From: Candidatus Velamenicoccus archaeovorus | GTDB lineage: Bacteria > Omnitrophota > Gorgyraeia > Velamenicoccales > Velamenicoccaceae | NCBI RefSeq assembly: GCF_004102945.1 | Contig: NZ_CP019384.1 | Coordinates: forward strand, 750,001 to 782,000 | Direction: 5' to 3' | Length of the DNA: 32,000 nucleotides | Shown here: in pieces, positions 1 through 7,463 of the stretch | Numbering within the stretch: the first letter of the stretch is position 1 | Layout: each line of letters opens with the position of its first letter | Position numbers and translations under genes: made by a program | Notes under the pieces: generated by a model | The model's database searches: none | Told to the model about the DNA's origin: nothing | What the model saw: the letters and a program-made list of their open reading frames with translations, nothing else

Positions 1-948
1 CCCGAAAACGGACATGTGCTCCCCGGAGACCTTGTTCTTGGGGCGGATTCCCATACCTGTACCTATGGCGCCCTAGGCGCCCTTTCAACAGGCGTCGGCT
101 CCACGGATTTGGCCATCAGTCTTGCTTGTGGCAAGAACTGGTTTAAGGTACCGCAGTCGATCAAGATTGTGGTTCACGGAAAGCTCGGCCGTGGCGTCTA
201 TTCCAAGGATCTTATCCTGCATATTATCGGGGACTTGAAGGCAGACGGTGCCACCTACCAGTCGGTCGAGTTTTATGGATCCTGCATTGATGCTTTAAGC
301 ATGGATGCGCGTTTTACTATCTGCAATATGGGCGTCGAGATGGGGGCGAAGTTCAGCGTTATTCCCGCCGATAAAAAAACGTTGGCATGGCTTTCCGGAC
401 GTAATAAAATGAGAAAACCGAGTCCTCGCTACGCGGATAAGGATGCGGTTTACAGTCTTGTGAAGGAATATGACGCGTCCAGGATCGGGCCGCAGTTGGC
501 CAAGCCTCATGCCGTCGACAACAATGCGGTTGTTGAAGAGCTCGTCGGAACCCATATCGACGAGGCCTATCTGGGGACATGCACCAATGGCCGCTTGGAA
601 GACTTGGAGATCGCGGCCGGAATGCTTAGGGGCCGCAGGGTATCAAAGAATGTTCGTTTCATCGTGGCGCCGGCGTCGAGAAACATTTACCTTCAGGCCA
701 TGAAAAAAGGCTTGATTGGTATTTTGGTCCAGGCAGGTGCCAGTGTCGTGACTCCCGGGTGTGGGCCATGCGTCGGGACGCATAACGGTGTGCCTTCAGT
801 GGGCGAAGTGGTTGTTTCTACCGCTAACAGGAATTTCAAGGGTCGCATGGGCAATCCGGAATCTTTTATTTATCTCGGTTCTCCGGCGACGGTCGTGGCA
901 TCTGCTATTGAGGGCTGCATTGCAGATCCGAGGGCATATTTAAAATAG
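1..948 (+). CDS. Aconitase-superfamily dehydratase large subunit (LeuC/HacA type; 3-isopropylmalate or homoaconitate dehydratase), 5' end cut by the window edge
   Basis: The frame is open from nt 1, so the ATG at 16 is internal. Motifs GADSHTCTYGALGA, YLGTCTNGR and TPGCGPCVG are the substrate and Fe-S-ligand motifs of the aconitase/IPM-isomerase family. The cognate small subunit is at 2192-2692. Confidence 0.85.
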   Translation, partial: PENGHVLPGDLVLGADSHTCTYGALGALSTGVGSTDLAISLACGKNWFKVPQSIKIVVHGKLGRGVYSKDLILHIIGDLKADGATYQSVEFYGSCIDALSMDARFTICNMGVEMGAKFSVIPADKKTLAWLSGRNKMRKPSPRYADKDAVYSLVKEYDASRIGPQLAKPHAVDNNAVVEELVGTHIDEAYLGTCTNGRLEDLEIAAGMLRGRRVSKNVRFIVAPASRNIYLQAMKKGLIGILVQAGASVVTPGCGPCVGTHNGVPSVGEVVVSTANRNFKGRMGNPESFIYLGSPATVVASAIEGCIADPRAYLK

Positions 949-950
949 AC

Positions 951-1026
951 GGCCGGATGCCGGCCCTGGCTTAAACACTTGTAAATTTCCCCTCCGGCCG
1001 GCTGAACCGGCCTTCGGGAAATTTAC
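951..1026 (+). other. Two GC-rich stem-loops directly after the dehydratase stop codon (possible T-tract-less terminator or protein/RNA binding element)
   Basis: Hairpin 1 is GGCCGG-ATG-CCGGCC (951-965). Hairpin 2 (981-1026) has outer arms GTAAATTTCCC/GGGAAATTTAC enclosing an inner GGCCGG-CTGAA-CCGGCC hairpin. No U-tract follows either one. Confidence 0.35.
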
Positions 1027-1093
1027 AGCGTAAACTGCGGAGTTCATTTTGCTGGGAACAAATACCCATCATAGACAAAATGAAGGAGTTCAT

Positions 1094-2140
1094 ATGGAAC
1101 TCAGAGATCTATTGTTGCTGACAATTGAGAAGAAAGCTTCGGACCTTCATTTGACGGAAAATTCTCCGCCAATCCTCAGGATCGATGGTCGGCTTGTCTT
1201 GACGGACTATCCCAGATTGACACGGGATGATACGAAGAAGATGATTTATGCCATTTTGACCAACGAGCAGAAAGAGATATTCGAGAGGAACTGGGAACTG
1301 GATCTTTCTGTGGCCATGGCGGGGATGGACAGGTTTAGGGTGAATATTCATGTCCAAAGAGGTTCCGTGGAAGGCGCCTTTCGTCGCATCCCCCTGGAGA
1401 TCCCCAGATTGCAAGACTTGGGGTTGCCTCCTATTGTGGCTGAATTGGCGCGCAAACCCAATGGTCTGGTCCTGGTGACTGGTCCGACAGGCGTCGGCAA
1501 GACGACGACCATGGCGGCAATGATTGACCTCATTAATAGCGAACGCCAGGAAATGATCATTTCGATTGAAGACCCGATCGAATACTTGCATTATAACAAG
1601 AAGAGCGTGATCAAACAGAGAGAGGTTTATTCCGATACCAAGTCTTTTGCCGAAGCGCTTCGCCATGCATTGCGTCAGGATCCGGACATCATTTTCGTCG
1701 GAGAGATGAGGGACCTGGAGACCATTTCCACTGCCCTGACGGCCGCTGAGACGGGCCACTTGGTCTTGGCAACGTTGCATACGCCGGATGCGCCGCAGAC
1801 GGTCGAGCGTATCATCGATGTTTTTCCCCCGCATCAGCAGCAGCAGGTCAAGTTGCAGCTGGCAGACTGTCTGCAGGGTGTCGTTTCCCAGCTTCTTTTG
1901 CCGCGTGCCAGCGGCATCGGCCGTGTCGTCGCCACAGAGATCATGATCGGCACCCCGGCGGTCCGCAACCTGGTCCGCGAACAGGAGATCGAGCAGATCC
2001 CCACCCTGATCCAGACGGGCCATCAATTCGGCATGAGGACCATGGACAAAACGCTCAAAGAACTTTACAAAGAAGGGACGATCAGTTACGAAGCGGCCTT
2101 GTCTAAGGCCAAGAACGTGGATGAATTCAAGAACTTGTAG
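1094..2140 (+). CDS. pilT: Type IV pilus retraction (twitching motility) ATPase PilT
   Basis: 348 aa from the ATG at 1094, preceded by GAAGGAG. The track's TTG at 1049 is an upstream extension. Evidence includes the N-terminal DLHL.. motif, Walker A GPTGVGKTTT, a GEMRD Walker B region and TLHT, with typical PilT length and layout. Confidence 0.85.
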   Translation: MELRDLLLLTIEKKASDLHLTENSPPILRIDGRLVLTDYPRLTRDDTKKMIYAILTNEQKEIFERNWELDLSVAMAGMDRFRVNIHVQRGSVEGAFRRIPLEIPRLQDLGLPPIVAELARKPNGLVLVTGPTGVGKTTTMAAMIDLINSERQEMIISIEDPIEYLHYNKKSVIKQREVYSDTKSFAEALRHALRQDPDIIFVGEMRDLETISTALTAAETGHLVLATLHTPDAPQTVERIIDVFPPHQQQQVKLQLADCLQGVVSQLLLPRASGIGRVVATEIMIGTPAVRNLVREQEIEQIPTLIQTGHQFGMRTMDKTLKELYKEGTISYEAALSKAKNVDEFKNL

Positions 2141-2191
2141 AGCGATTGCACAGATTGCCGAAAGCAGATTACACAGAAAGCGCAAGGTGTT

Positions 2192-2692
2192 ATGATTCTC
2201 AGGGGCTTTTCCTATAAGATTGGCGACGATATCAATACGGACTATATCATTTCCGGTCGATATAAGTTTTCCATCAGCGATATGAAAGAACTTGCCAAGC
2301 ATATCATGGAAGACATCGATCCGGCTTTTTATTCGCGTCTGAAGCCCGGCGCTTCTTTCCTGGTGGCCGGGAAAAATTTCGGGATGGGTTCGTCGCGCGA
2401 GCAGGCGCCTCTCGTCATCAAAGAGGCCGGGATCGTCGGCGTCGTGGCCAAAAGTTTTGCGCGGATCTTTTATCGCAATGCCATCAATATCGGCCTGCCT
2501 TTGATTGAAGCCGATACGACCGGGATCCGCGAGAATGACGAGTTGCAGATCGACCTGGAGAATGGCGAGTTGCGCAACCTGACCCAGAAGACGAAGATGA
2601 AAATCAATCCCCTTCCGCCTGTCATGCGTAAACTTCTCTCAGACGGCGGCCTCGTCGAGCATTTCAAAAAATACGGCGGCATCAAGCTGTAG
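2192..2692 (+). CDS. Aconitase-superfamily dehydratase small subunit (LeuD/HacB type 2, about 165 aa)
   Basis: The 166-aa protein has GDDINTDYIISGRY, GKNFGMGSSREQAP and FARIFYRNAINIGLP, which are typical swivel-domain motifs of short LeuD-type subunits. RBS is AAGGTG. Confidence 0.85.
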   Translation: MILRGFSYKIGDDINTDYIISGRYKFSISDMKELAKHIMEDIDPAFYSRLKPGASFLVAGKNFGMGSSREQAPLVIKEAGIVGVVAKSFARIFYRNAINIGLPLIEADTTGIRENDELQIDLENGELRNLTQKTKMKINPLPPVMRKLLSDGGLVEHFKKYGGIKL

Positions 2693-2709
2693 CCTTCAGA
2701 CGGAGCATC

Positions 2710-3798
2710 ATGGCGAAATACACCATCACTCTGATCCCCGGAGACGGGATCGGTCCGGAAGTGAGCCTTGCGGCCAAGCGTTGCATCGAAGCCACCGGCG
2801 TCGACATTCGCTGGGAAGAATTCATTGCCGGAGAAGCGGCCATCAAGAAATTCGGAACGCCGTTGCCGGATGACGTCATAGCCTCCATCAGGAAAAACAA
2901 GGTCGCCATCAAAGGGCCGATCGTCACGCCTGTAGGGACCGGTTTTCGCTCGGTCAACGTCCAGCTGCGTCACGCCCTTGATCTTTACATTTGTCTGCGG
3001 CCGGCGCGCAGCATGGAGGGTGTATCCGCGGCTTTCAAGAATATAGATCTTGTTATTGTCCGCGAGAACAGCGAAGATCTTTATATGGGGATCGAGTTTC
3101 AGGAAGGGTCGCCTGATGCCGCCAAGGTGATTGAGACCATTAACGCTTTGAGCCCGAAGAAGATCCGCGAGGATTCAGGCATTTCCATCAAACCCATCTC
3201 AAAATTCGCGACGCGCCGTATCGTTAAATTCGCCTTCGAATATGCCTTGAAAAACGGCCGCAAGAAAGTCACGGCTGTCCATAAAGCGAACATCATGAAG
3301 CATACGGACGGCCTCTTTCTGGCCGTGGCCAGAGAAGTGGCCCAGGAGTATGCCGGCAAAGTCGAATTTGGCGATGCGATCGTCGATAATCTCAGCATGC
3401 AGCTGGTGACTAAGCCTCAGAATTTTGATGTCCTGGTGTTGCCGAATCTCTACGGAGACATTATTTCTGATTTGTGTGCCGGGCTCGTCGGCGGGCTGGG
3501 CGTGGCTCCCGGCGCCAATCTGGGCGACGGGATCGCTTTGTTTGAACCCGTCCACGGGTCGGCCCCGAAATACACCGGCATGAATAAAGTCAATCCGACC
3601 GCCACGATCCTTTCGGGCGTCATGATGTTGCGTTATCTGGGTGAGATGAAGGCCGCCGATAAGCTGGAGGGCGCCGTCAAAGAAGTCATCAGAGAAGGCA
3701 GGTATGTTACCTATGATCTCAAAAAAGACAGGAATGACCCGACGGCCGCTTCGACGAGTGGTATGGCCGATGCTATCATCAAAAAAATGAAAGGGTAG
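2710..3798 (+). CDS. Isocitrate/isopropylmalate dehydrogenase family protein (NAD-IDH or homoisocitrate-DH-like)
   Basis: Motifs are IPGDGIGPEV, GFRSVNVQLRHALDLYICLRP (the S-x-N substrate motif of IDH-type enzymes), NLYGDIISDL and EPVHGSAP. The protein is 362 aa. Substrate cannot be fixed from sequence by eye. Confidence 0.75.
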   Translation: MAKYTITLIPGDGIGPEVSLAAKRCIEATGVDIRWEEFIAGEAAIKKFGTPLPDDVIASIRKNKVAIKGPIVTPVGTGFRSVNVQLRHALDLYICLRPARSMEGVSAAFKNIDLVIVRENSEDLYMGIEFQEGSPDAAKVIETINALSPKKIREDSGISIKPISKFATRRIVKFAFEYALKNGRKKVTAVHKANIMKHTDGLFLAVAREVAQEYAGKVEFGDAIVDNLSMQLVTKPQNFDVLVLPNLYGDIISDLCAGLVGGLGVAPGANLGDGIALFEPVHGSAPKYTGMNKVNPTATILSGVMMLRYLGEMKAADKLEGAVKEVIREGRYVTYDLKKDRNDPTAASTSGMADAIIKKMKG

Positions 3799-3809
3799 CA
3801 GTTCTTATC

Positions 3810-4733
3810 ATGAAAAAAGTCGCTATCATTGGCGGTGGTTTTGTGGGCGGGACAGCGGCAATGCGCATTGCCGAGAGCGGTCTCGCCCAAGTTGTTTTGG
3901 TTGATGTTGTCGAGAATGTTGCGCGGGCCAAGGCTTACGACGTGGAAGATGGGCGTTATGCGCTCGGCGTAGATGTGCGCATCGAAGGCACATCAGACAT
4001 GAAGGCCTTGGCGGAAGCGGACATTGTTGTCGTGACGGCCGGACTGCCGAGAAAACCCGGCATGACCCGGGAAGATCTTTTACTAAAGAACGCCGACATC
4101 ATGAAAACCGTCTGCCGCGGGATCTCGCAACACGCTGCAGGTTCCCTCGTGATTGTCGTGAGTAATCCCCTGGATGTCATGACATACCTGGCTTATAAGT
4201 TGACAGGGTTTTCGCGTCAACGGGTTTTCGGCATGGGGGTGAACCTGGATTCATCCCGCTTTGCCAATTTGATCGCCGGAAAGCTTTTTGTCGGCATTGA
4301 TAGCGTCCATGCCATGGTGATCGGCAGCCATGGTGAGACGATGATGCCTTTGGCAAGGTTTGCTACGGTGCGAGGCAAACCCTTGTCGGAATTGCTCACG
4401 GCTGCAGAGATCGAAGAGATTGTCGCGCGGACAAAAAAGCGCGGCGCCGAGATTGTTTCCCTTTATGGGAGTGGCAGCGCTTATTTTGCCCCATCGGCCG
4501 CGATTTTCGAGATCGTCAGGACGGTCCTTTCGGGCACTTCCAAGGAGATATCGGCAAGTATCTGTCTTGAAGGGGAATACGGCCTTCGTGACGTGGCGAT
4601 CGGTGTCCCGGCGCTCATCGGTCCCGAGGGTGTCGAACGGATCCTGGCTTTGGATTTGAACGAGGCGGAAAGCAAGTCCTTGGCGGATTCCGCCGACGCT
4701 ATCAAGAGTTCCATCAAGTTGCTTAAGGTTTGA
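3810..4733 (+). CDS. mdh: Malate dehydrogenase (LDH-like MDH family)
   Basis: Motifs are IIGGGFVGG (Rossmann fold), AGLPRKPGMTREDLL (Arg at the MDH/LDH discriminating position), VVSNPLD and GSHGETMMP. Confidence 0.85.
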   Translation: MKKVAIIGGGFVGGTAAMRIAESGLAQVVLVDVVENVARAKAYDVEDGRYALGVDVRIEGTSDMKALAEADIVVVTAGLPRKPGMTREDLLLKNADIMKTVCRGISQHAAGSLVIVVSNPLDVMTYLAYKLTGFSRQRVFGMGVNLDSSRFANLIAGKLFVGIDSVHAMVIGSHGETMMPLARFATVRGKPLSELLTAAEIEEIVARTKKRGAEIVSLYGSGSAYFAPSAAIFEIVRTVLSGTSKEISASICLEGEYGLRDVAIGVPALIGPEGVERILALDLNEAESKSLADSADAIKSSIKLLKV

Positions 4734-4788
4734 CGTAGAGCGCGGCATGCCTCAAGGCCGCGCCGGTTTGTTATATCCGCGAGCCATC

Positions 4789-6039
4789 ATGACGTACGAT
4801 CTTTCCATCATAGGCGCCGGGTGGGCTGGTTTTAACGCCGCGATCGCGGCAGCGCGTCTAGGCAAGACCGTCTGCCTGATTGAAGAGAATGAGATCGGCG
4901 GCACCTGTCTTAACCGCGGCTGCATTCCTACCAAGGTCTTCGTTGCAGAATCCAGAAAGAATTCGAACCTTTCCGAGATCCAAAGGAGAAAGACAGAAGT
5001 TATAGCCCGGCTTTCCCAGGGGATGAATTATCTTTTGAAATCGCATAATATCACATGGGTCCAGGGCCGCGGGATTTTGCTGGGACCCGGAGCGGTTTCT
5101 GTCGGCGGCAAAGGAGAGGTCAAGTCAAAATTTGTCCTTTTGGCCACGGGGTCGGAGCCAAAGGAGATTTCCAGAAACCCGTTTGATCGCCAAAGGGTTG
5201 TTTCCAGCGACGATGTCTTGAATTGGGAGGTTGTCCCCGGGACGCTTTTGATTGTTGGCGGAGGTTTCATCGGTTGCGAATTTGCATCGATATTCCGCCG
5301 CTTAGGGGCGCAGGTGACGGTCGTTGAGATGCTCGACAGGCTCTTGCCGAATATGGACGAGGAGCTGGGTAAAAAACTGGCACAGGCTTTTCAGAAACAA
5401 GGCATAAAAGTCATGCTCAAGACGGGCCTGGAACAGGCGGATCCGGATTCATATGAAAAAGTCCTGGTCGCTGTCGGCCGCAAGAGCCGCTTGGAAGACG
5501 TCTGTGCCTCATCCTGTTCTTTGCGCGCGGAAAAAGGAGCAATCGATACAGACCGCACGCTGGCGACGAGCATGAAGCATGTTTTTGCCGCCGGCGATTG
5601 CGTGGGAGGATATCTTTTGGCCCATGTGGCTGCCTATGAGGGAGAGTTGGCTGTCTCCAATATGTTTCAAAAGGCACAGAACAGGGATTACGGCGCCGTT
5701 CCTTCCAGCGTCTTTACAACACCTGAGGTGTCTTCTGTGGGTTTGACTGAGCAGGAAGCCAAGGCTTTCGGCGCGGATTATGAGACGAAGACCATTTTTT
5801 ATCTTTCTTTGGGGATGGCCCATGTCCTTGGTGATACGCAGGGGTTTGTGAAGGTTGTTGTCGACAGGAGAAAAAAACTCATCCTTGGGGCCAGCATCGT
5901 GGGTCTTGAGGCTGCAGAACTGGTAAATTTGTTTTCTGTCATCATCAAGAACAAAATAGGCATCCCCGACCTGAAAAGGACTGTTTTTGCCCACCCCAGT
6001 TTAAGCGAGATTGTCTCTGAACTTGCCAGAGCGTTTTGA
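4789..6039 (+). CDS. lpd: Dihydrolipoyl dehydrogenase-like flavoprotein disulfide reductase
   Basis: The likely start is the ATG at 4789 (MTYDLSIIGAGWAG, FAD-binding GxGxxG). The track start at 4747 adds 14 non-conserved residues. Evidence includes the redox disulfide GGTCLNRGCIPTK, a second Rossmann motif VGGGFIGCEFA and C-terminal HPSLSE. Confidence 0.75.
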   Translation: MTYDLSIIGAGWAGFNAAIAAARLGKTVCLIEENEIGGTCLNRGCIPTKVFVAESRKNSNLSEIQRRKTEVIARLSQGMNYLLKSHNITWVQGRGILLGPGAVSVGGKGEVKSKFVLLATGSEPKEISRNPFDRQRVVSSDDVLNWEVVPGTLLIVGGGFIGCEFASIFRRLGAQVTVVEMLDRLLPNMDEELGKKLAQAFQKQGIKVMLKTGLEQADPDSYEKVLVAVGRKSRLEDVCASSCSLRAEKGAIDTDRTLATSMKHVFAAGDCVGGYLLAHVAAYEGELAVSNMFQKAQNRDYGAVPSSVFTTPEVSSVGLTEQEAKAFGADYETKTIFYLSLGMAHVLGDTQGFVKVVVDRRKKLILGASIVGLEAAELVNLFSVIIKNKIGIPDLKRTVFAHPSLSEIVSELARAF

Positions 6040-6042
6040 CCC

Positions 6043-6717
6043 ATGGCTTACGCAGATCTCCCGCTGAAAGTACTGAATCTCGGCTTGATTCCATATGCCG
6101 AGGCTTGCAATTTGCAGAAAAAGCTAGTCGAGGAGGTGGCCTGCGGGGTGTCTGTAAACACGCTTCTTGTTTGTCAGCATCCTGCGGTGATCACTTATGG
6201 CCGGCGCTGCGGCCATGACCACATCCTTGTTTCGGAAAATGAGATCAGGCGTAGGGGTATCGAGCTATGCCAGACGGATCGCGGCGGCGACGTCACTTAT
6301 CATGGTCCTGGCCAAGCGGTATTTTATCCTATTTTCGATCTTAAAAAGATAGGCCAGGATCTGCATTATTATATGAGGATGCTTGAAGAGGCCGCCATCG
6401 CGCCTTTAAAAGAGCATTTTGGGTTGAACGCTTATCGCAGGGAGGGAATGACCGGCGTCTGGATTGGTCCTTACAAAGTTGGTTTTATCGGCATTGCCGT
6501 CAAGAAATGGGTTTCCTATCACGGCATGTCGTTGAACGTAGGCGTAGACCCGGAATTCTTTTCTTTGATCAAACCCTGCGGGTTGGATGTGAAAGTGGCT
6601 TCAATCAATGATTTTTTCAGTGACGAGGTTCAATTGGAAACGATTTGTGATATGATAGTTGAACAAATGGCCCATGTTTTTCAATTTGAAGTGACAGGAG
6701 GCAGCAGGCAATGGTAA
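6043..6717 (+). CDS. lipB: Lipoyl(octanoyl)transferase LipB
   Basis: The RGGDVTYHGPGQ motif and the downstream K(K)WVSYHG motif are typical of LipB. The gene starts 3 nt after the lpd stop. Confidence 0.9.
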   Translation: MAYADLPLKVLNLGLIPYAEACNLQKKLVEEVACGVSVNTLLVCQHPAVITYGRRCGHDHILVSENEIRRRGIELCQTDRGGDVTYHGPGQAVFYPIFDLKKIGQDLHYYMRMLEEAAIAPLKEHFGLNAYRREGMTGVWIGPYKVGFIGIAVKKWVSYHGMSLNVGVDPEFFSLIKPCGLDVKVASINDFFSDEVQLETICDMIVEQMAHVFQFEVTGGSRQW

Positions 6718-6983
6718 AGGTATATCTGCCGGAATTAGGAGAAGGTGTCGCCAAGGCCACCGTTTCTTACTGGTATGTGGAAGAAGGCGCGACGGTCACG
6801 GAAGGCAGCGAGTTGGTCGAGGTGTCTACGGACAAAGCGACCTTTAATGTTCCTGCGCCCTGCTCAGGGAACGTGATCGAGATCGTGGCCCACGAAGGCG
6901 ATGTGGTGGAGATTGGTGCCGTACTTGCCGTGATCGAAGAAGATACAGTTTCGGAGTCCGAAGAAGAAGCCGAAGGCGCATAG
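6711..6983 (+). CDS. Free-standing lipoyl-attachment domain protein (E2-type lipoyl domain with acidic tail)
   Basis: The 90-aa protein has LPELGEGVAKATVSYWYV...VEVSTDKATFNVPAP, which matches the E2 lipoyl-domain consensus with the lipoyl-Lys in the DKA motif. It has no catalytic E2 core. It overlaps the lipB stop by 7 nt (ATGGTAA). Confidence 0.75.
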   Translation: MVKVYLPELGEGVAKATVSYWYVEEGATVTEGSELVEVSTDKATFNVPAPCSGNVIEIVAHEGDVVEIGAVLAVIEEDTVSESEEEAEGA

Positions 6984-7010
6984 CGTTTTTCCGGATGGGC
7001 AATTGATCCA

Positions 7011-7050
7011 GGCCCTGCCTGAAGGAAATCAGGCAGGGCCTTGTTTTTTT
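7011..7050 (+). terminator. Rho-independent terminator of the metabolic operon
   Basis: A perfect 12-bp stem GGCCCTGCCTGA / TCAGGCAGGGCC (7011-7022 / 7029-7040) with a 6-nt loop, followed by TTGTTTTTTT. Confidence 0.85.
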
Positions 7051-7097
7051 GCCGTCTTGTTCCTTCCCAGAGATGCCCTCATTCTCTCTCTAGGATA

Positions 7098-7136
7098 TTG
7101 ACTAAGCCGTTTATTTGCGGTATTTTAAACTATAAT
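7098..7136 (+). promoter_or_regulatory. Candidate sigma70-type promoter for the HTH/FAS-like cluster
   Basis: TTGACT (7098-7103), a 17-nt spacer, then TATTTT (7121-7126). A perfect TATAAT lies at 7131-7136. The site is 40-75 nt upstream of the ATG at 7176. Confidence 0.35.
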
Positions 7137-7175
7137 CCATTGTGTTTGGTTGTGTTTGTCAGTTTGTGGAGCGAT

Positions 7176-7406
7176 ATGGTTTACCATCTGGAGATCCTGG
7201 AAGCCAAAGAAGTTGCGGATTACCTGCATTTGCATATCTTTACGGTGCATAAGCTTGCGCGGCAAGGTATCCTTCCGGCATTCAAGATTGGTCATGGATG
7301 GAGATTTAGAAAAGCAGCTCTCGATAAGTGGATACGCCTGAGAGAAGGAAGAGAAAGGCAGAGGCGACCAGTCAAGGCCCCTTTGAAAAAAGGGGTTTTT
7401 TATTGA
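7176..7406 (+). CDS. Small excisionase/MerR-superfamily helix-turn-helix DNA-binding protein
   Basis: 76 aa from the ATG at 7176 (RBS GTGGAG). LEAKEVADYLHLHIFTVHKLARQGILPAFKIGHGWRFRKAALDKWI matches the excisionase-family HTH (HTH_17-type) pattern. The track ORF from 7041 runs through the upstream terminator and is not credible. Confidence 0.7.
   Translation: MVYHLEILEAKEVADYLHLHIFTVHKLARQGILPAFKIGHGWRFRKAALDKWIRLREGRERQRRPVKAPLKKGVFY
7378..7401 (+). terminator. Terminator-like hairpin overlapping the 3' end of the HTH gene
   Basis: CCCCTTT-GAAA-AAAGGGG followed by TTTTTT (7396-7401). The stop codon TGA at 7404-7406 lies just after the T-tract. The next gene starts at 7464. Confidence 0.45.
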
Positions 7407-7463
7407 GGCCACAATTTGGTCTGCGGCCAGAGGGCTAAGTCAGGCGTAAGTCCAGGGGTTTTC

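Noticed and set aside
1109-2302. 397-aa ORF on the minus strand
   Set aside because: It lies entirely antisense to the well-supported pilT gene and the start of the LeuD-type gene. It has no recognisable motifs and Arg/Gly/Leu-rich, shadow-ORF-like composition.
2470-2973. 167-aa minus-strand ORF, and similar antisense ORFs at 4251-4748, 5509-5994, 3199-3555 and 7646-8014
   Set aside because: Each overlaps a + strand gene with strong family signatures (LeuD/IDH, MDH, Lpd, IDH, KS). They are shadow ORFs in moderately GC-rich coding DNA.
7041-7175. Upstream extension of the HTH ORF (track start at 7041)
   Set aside because: The extension begins inside the T-tract of the upstream intrinsic terminator and runs across the predicted promoter. 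The conserved HTH domain starts at the ATG at 7176, which has its own RBS.
7176-7406. Excisionase-like HTH as evidence of an integrated mobile element
   Set aside because: No integrase, recombinase, att-like direct repeats or tRNA target are visible nearby. The gene is more simply read as a small regulator heading the FAS/PKS-like operon.
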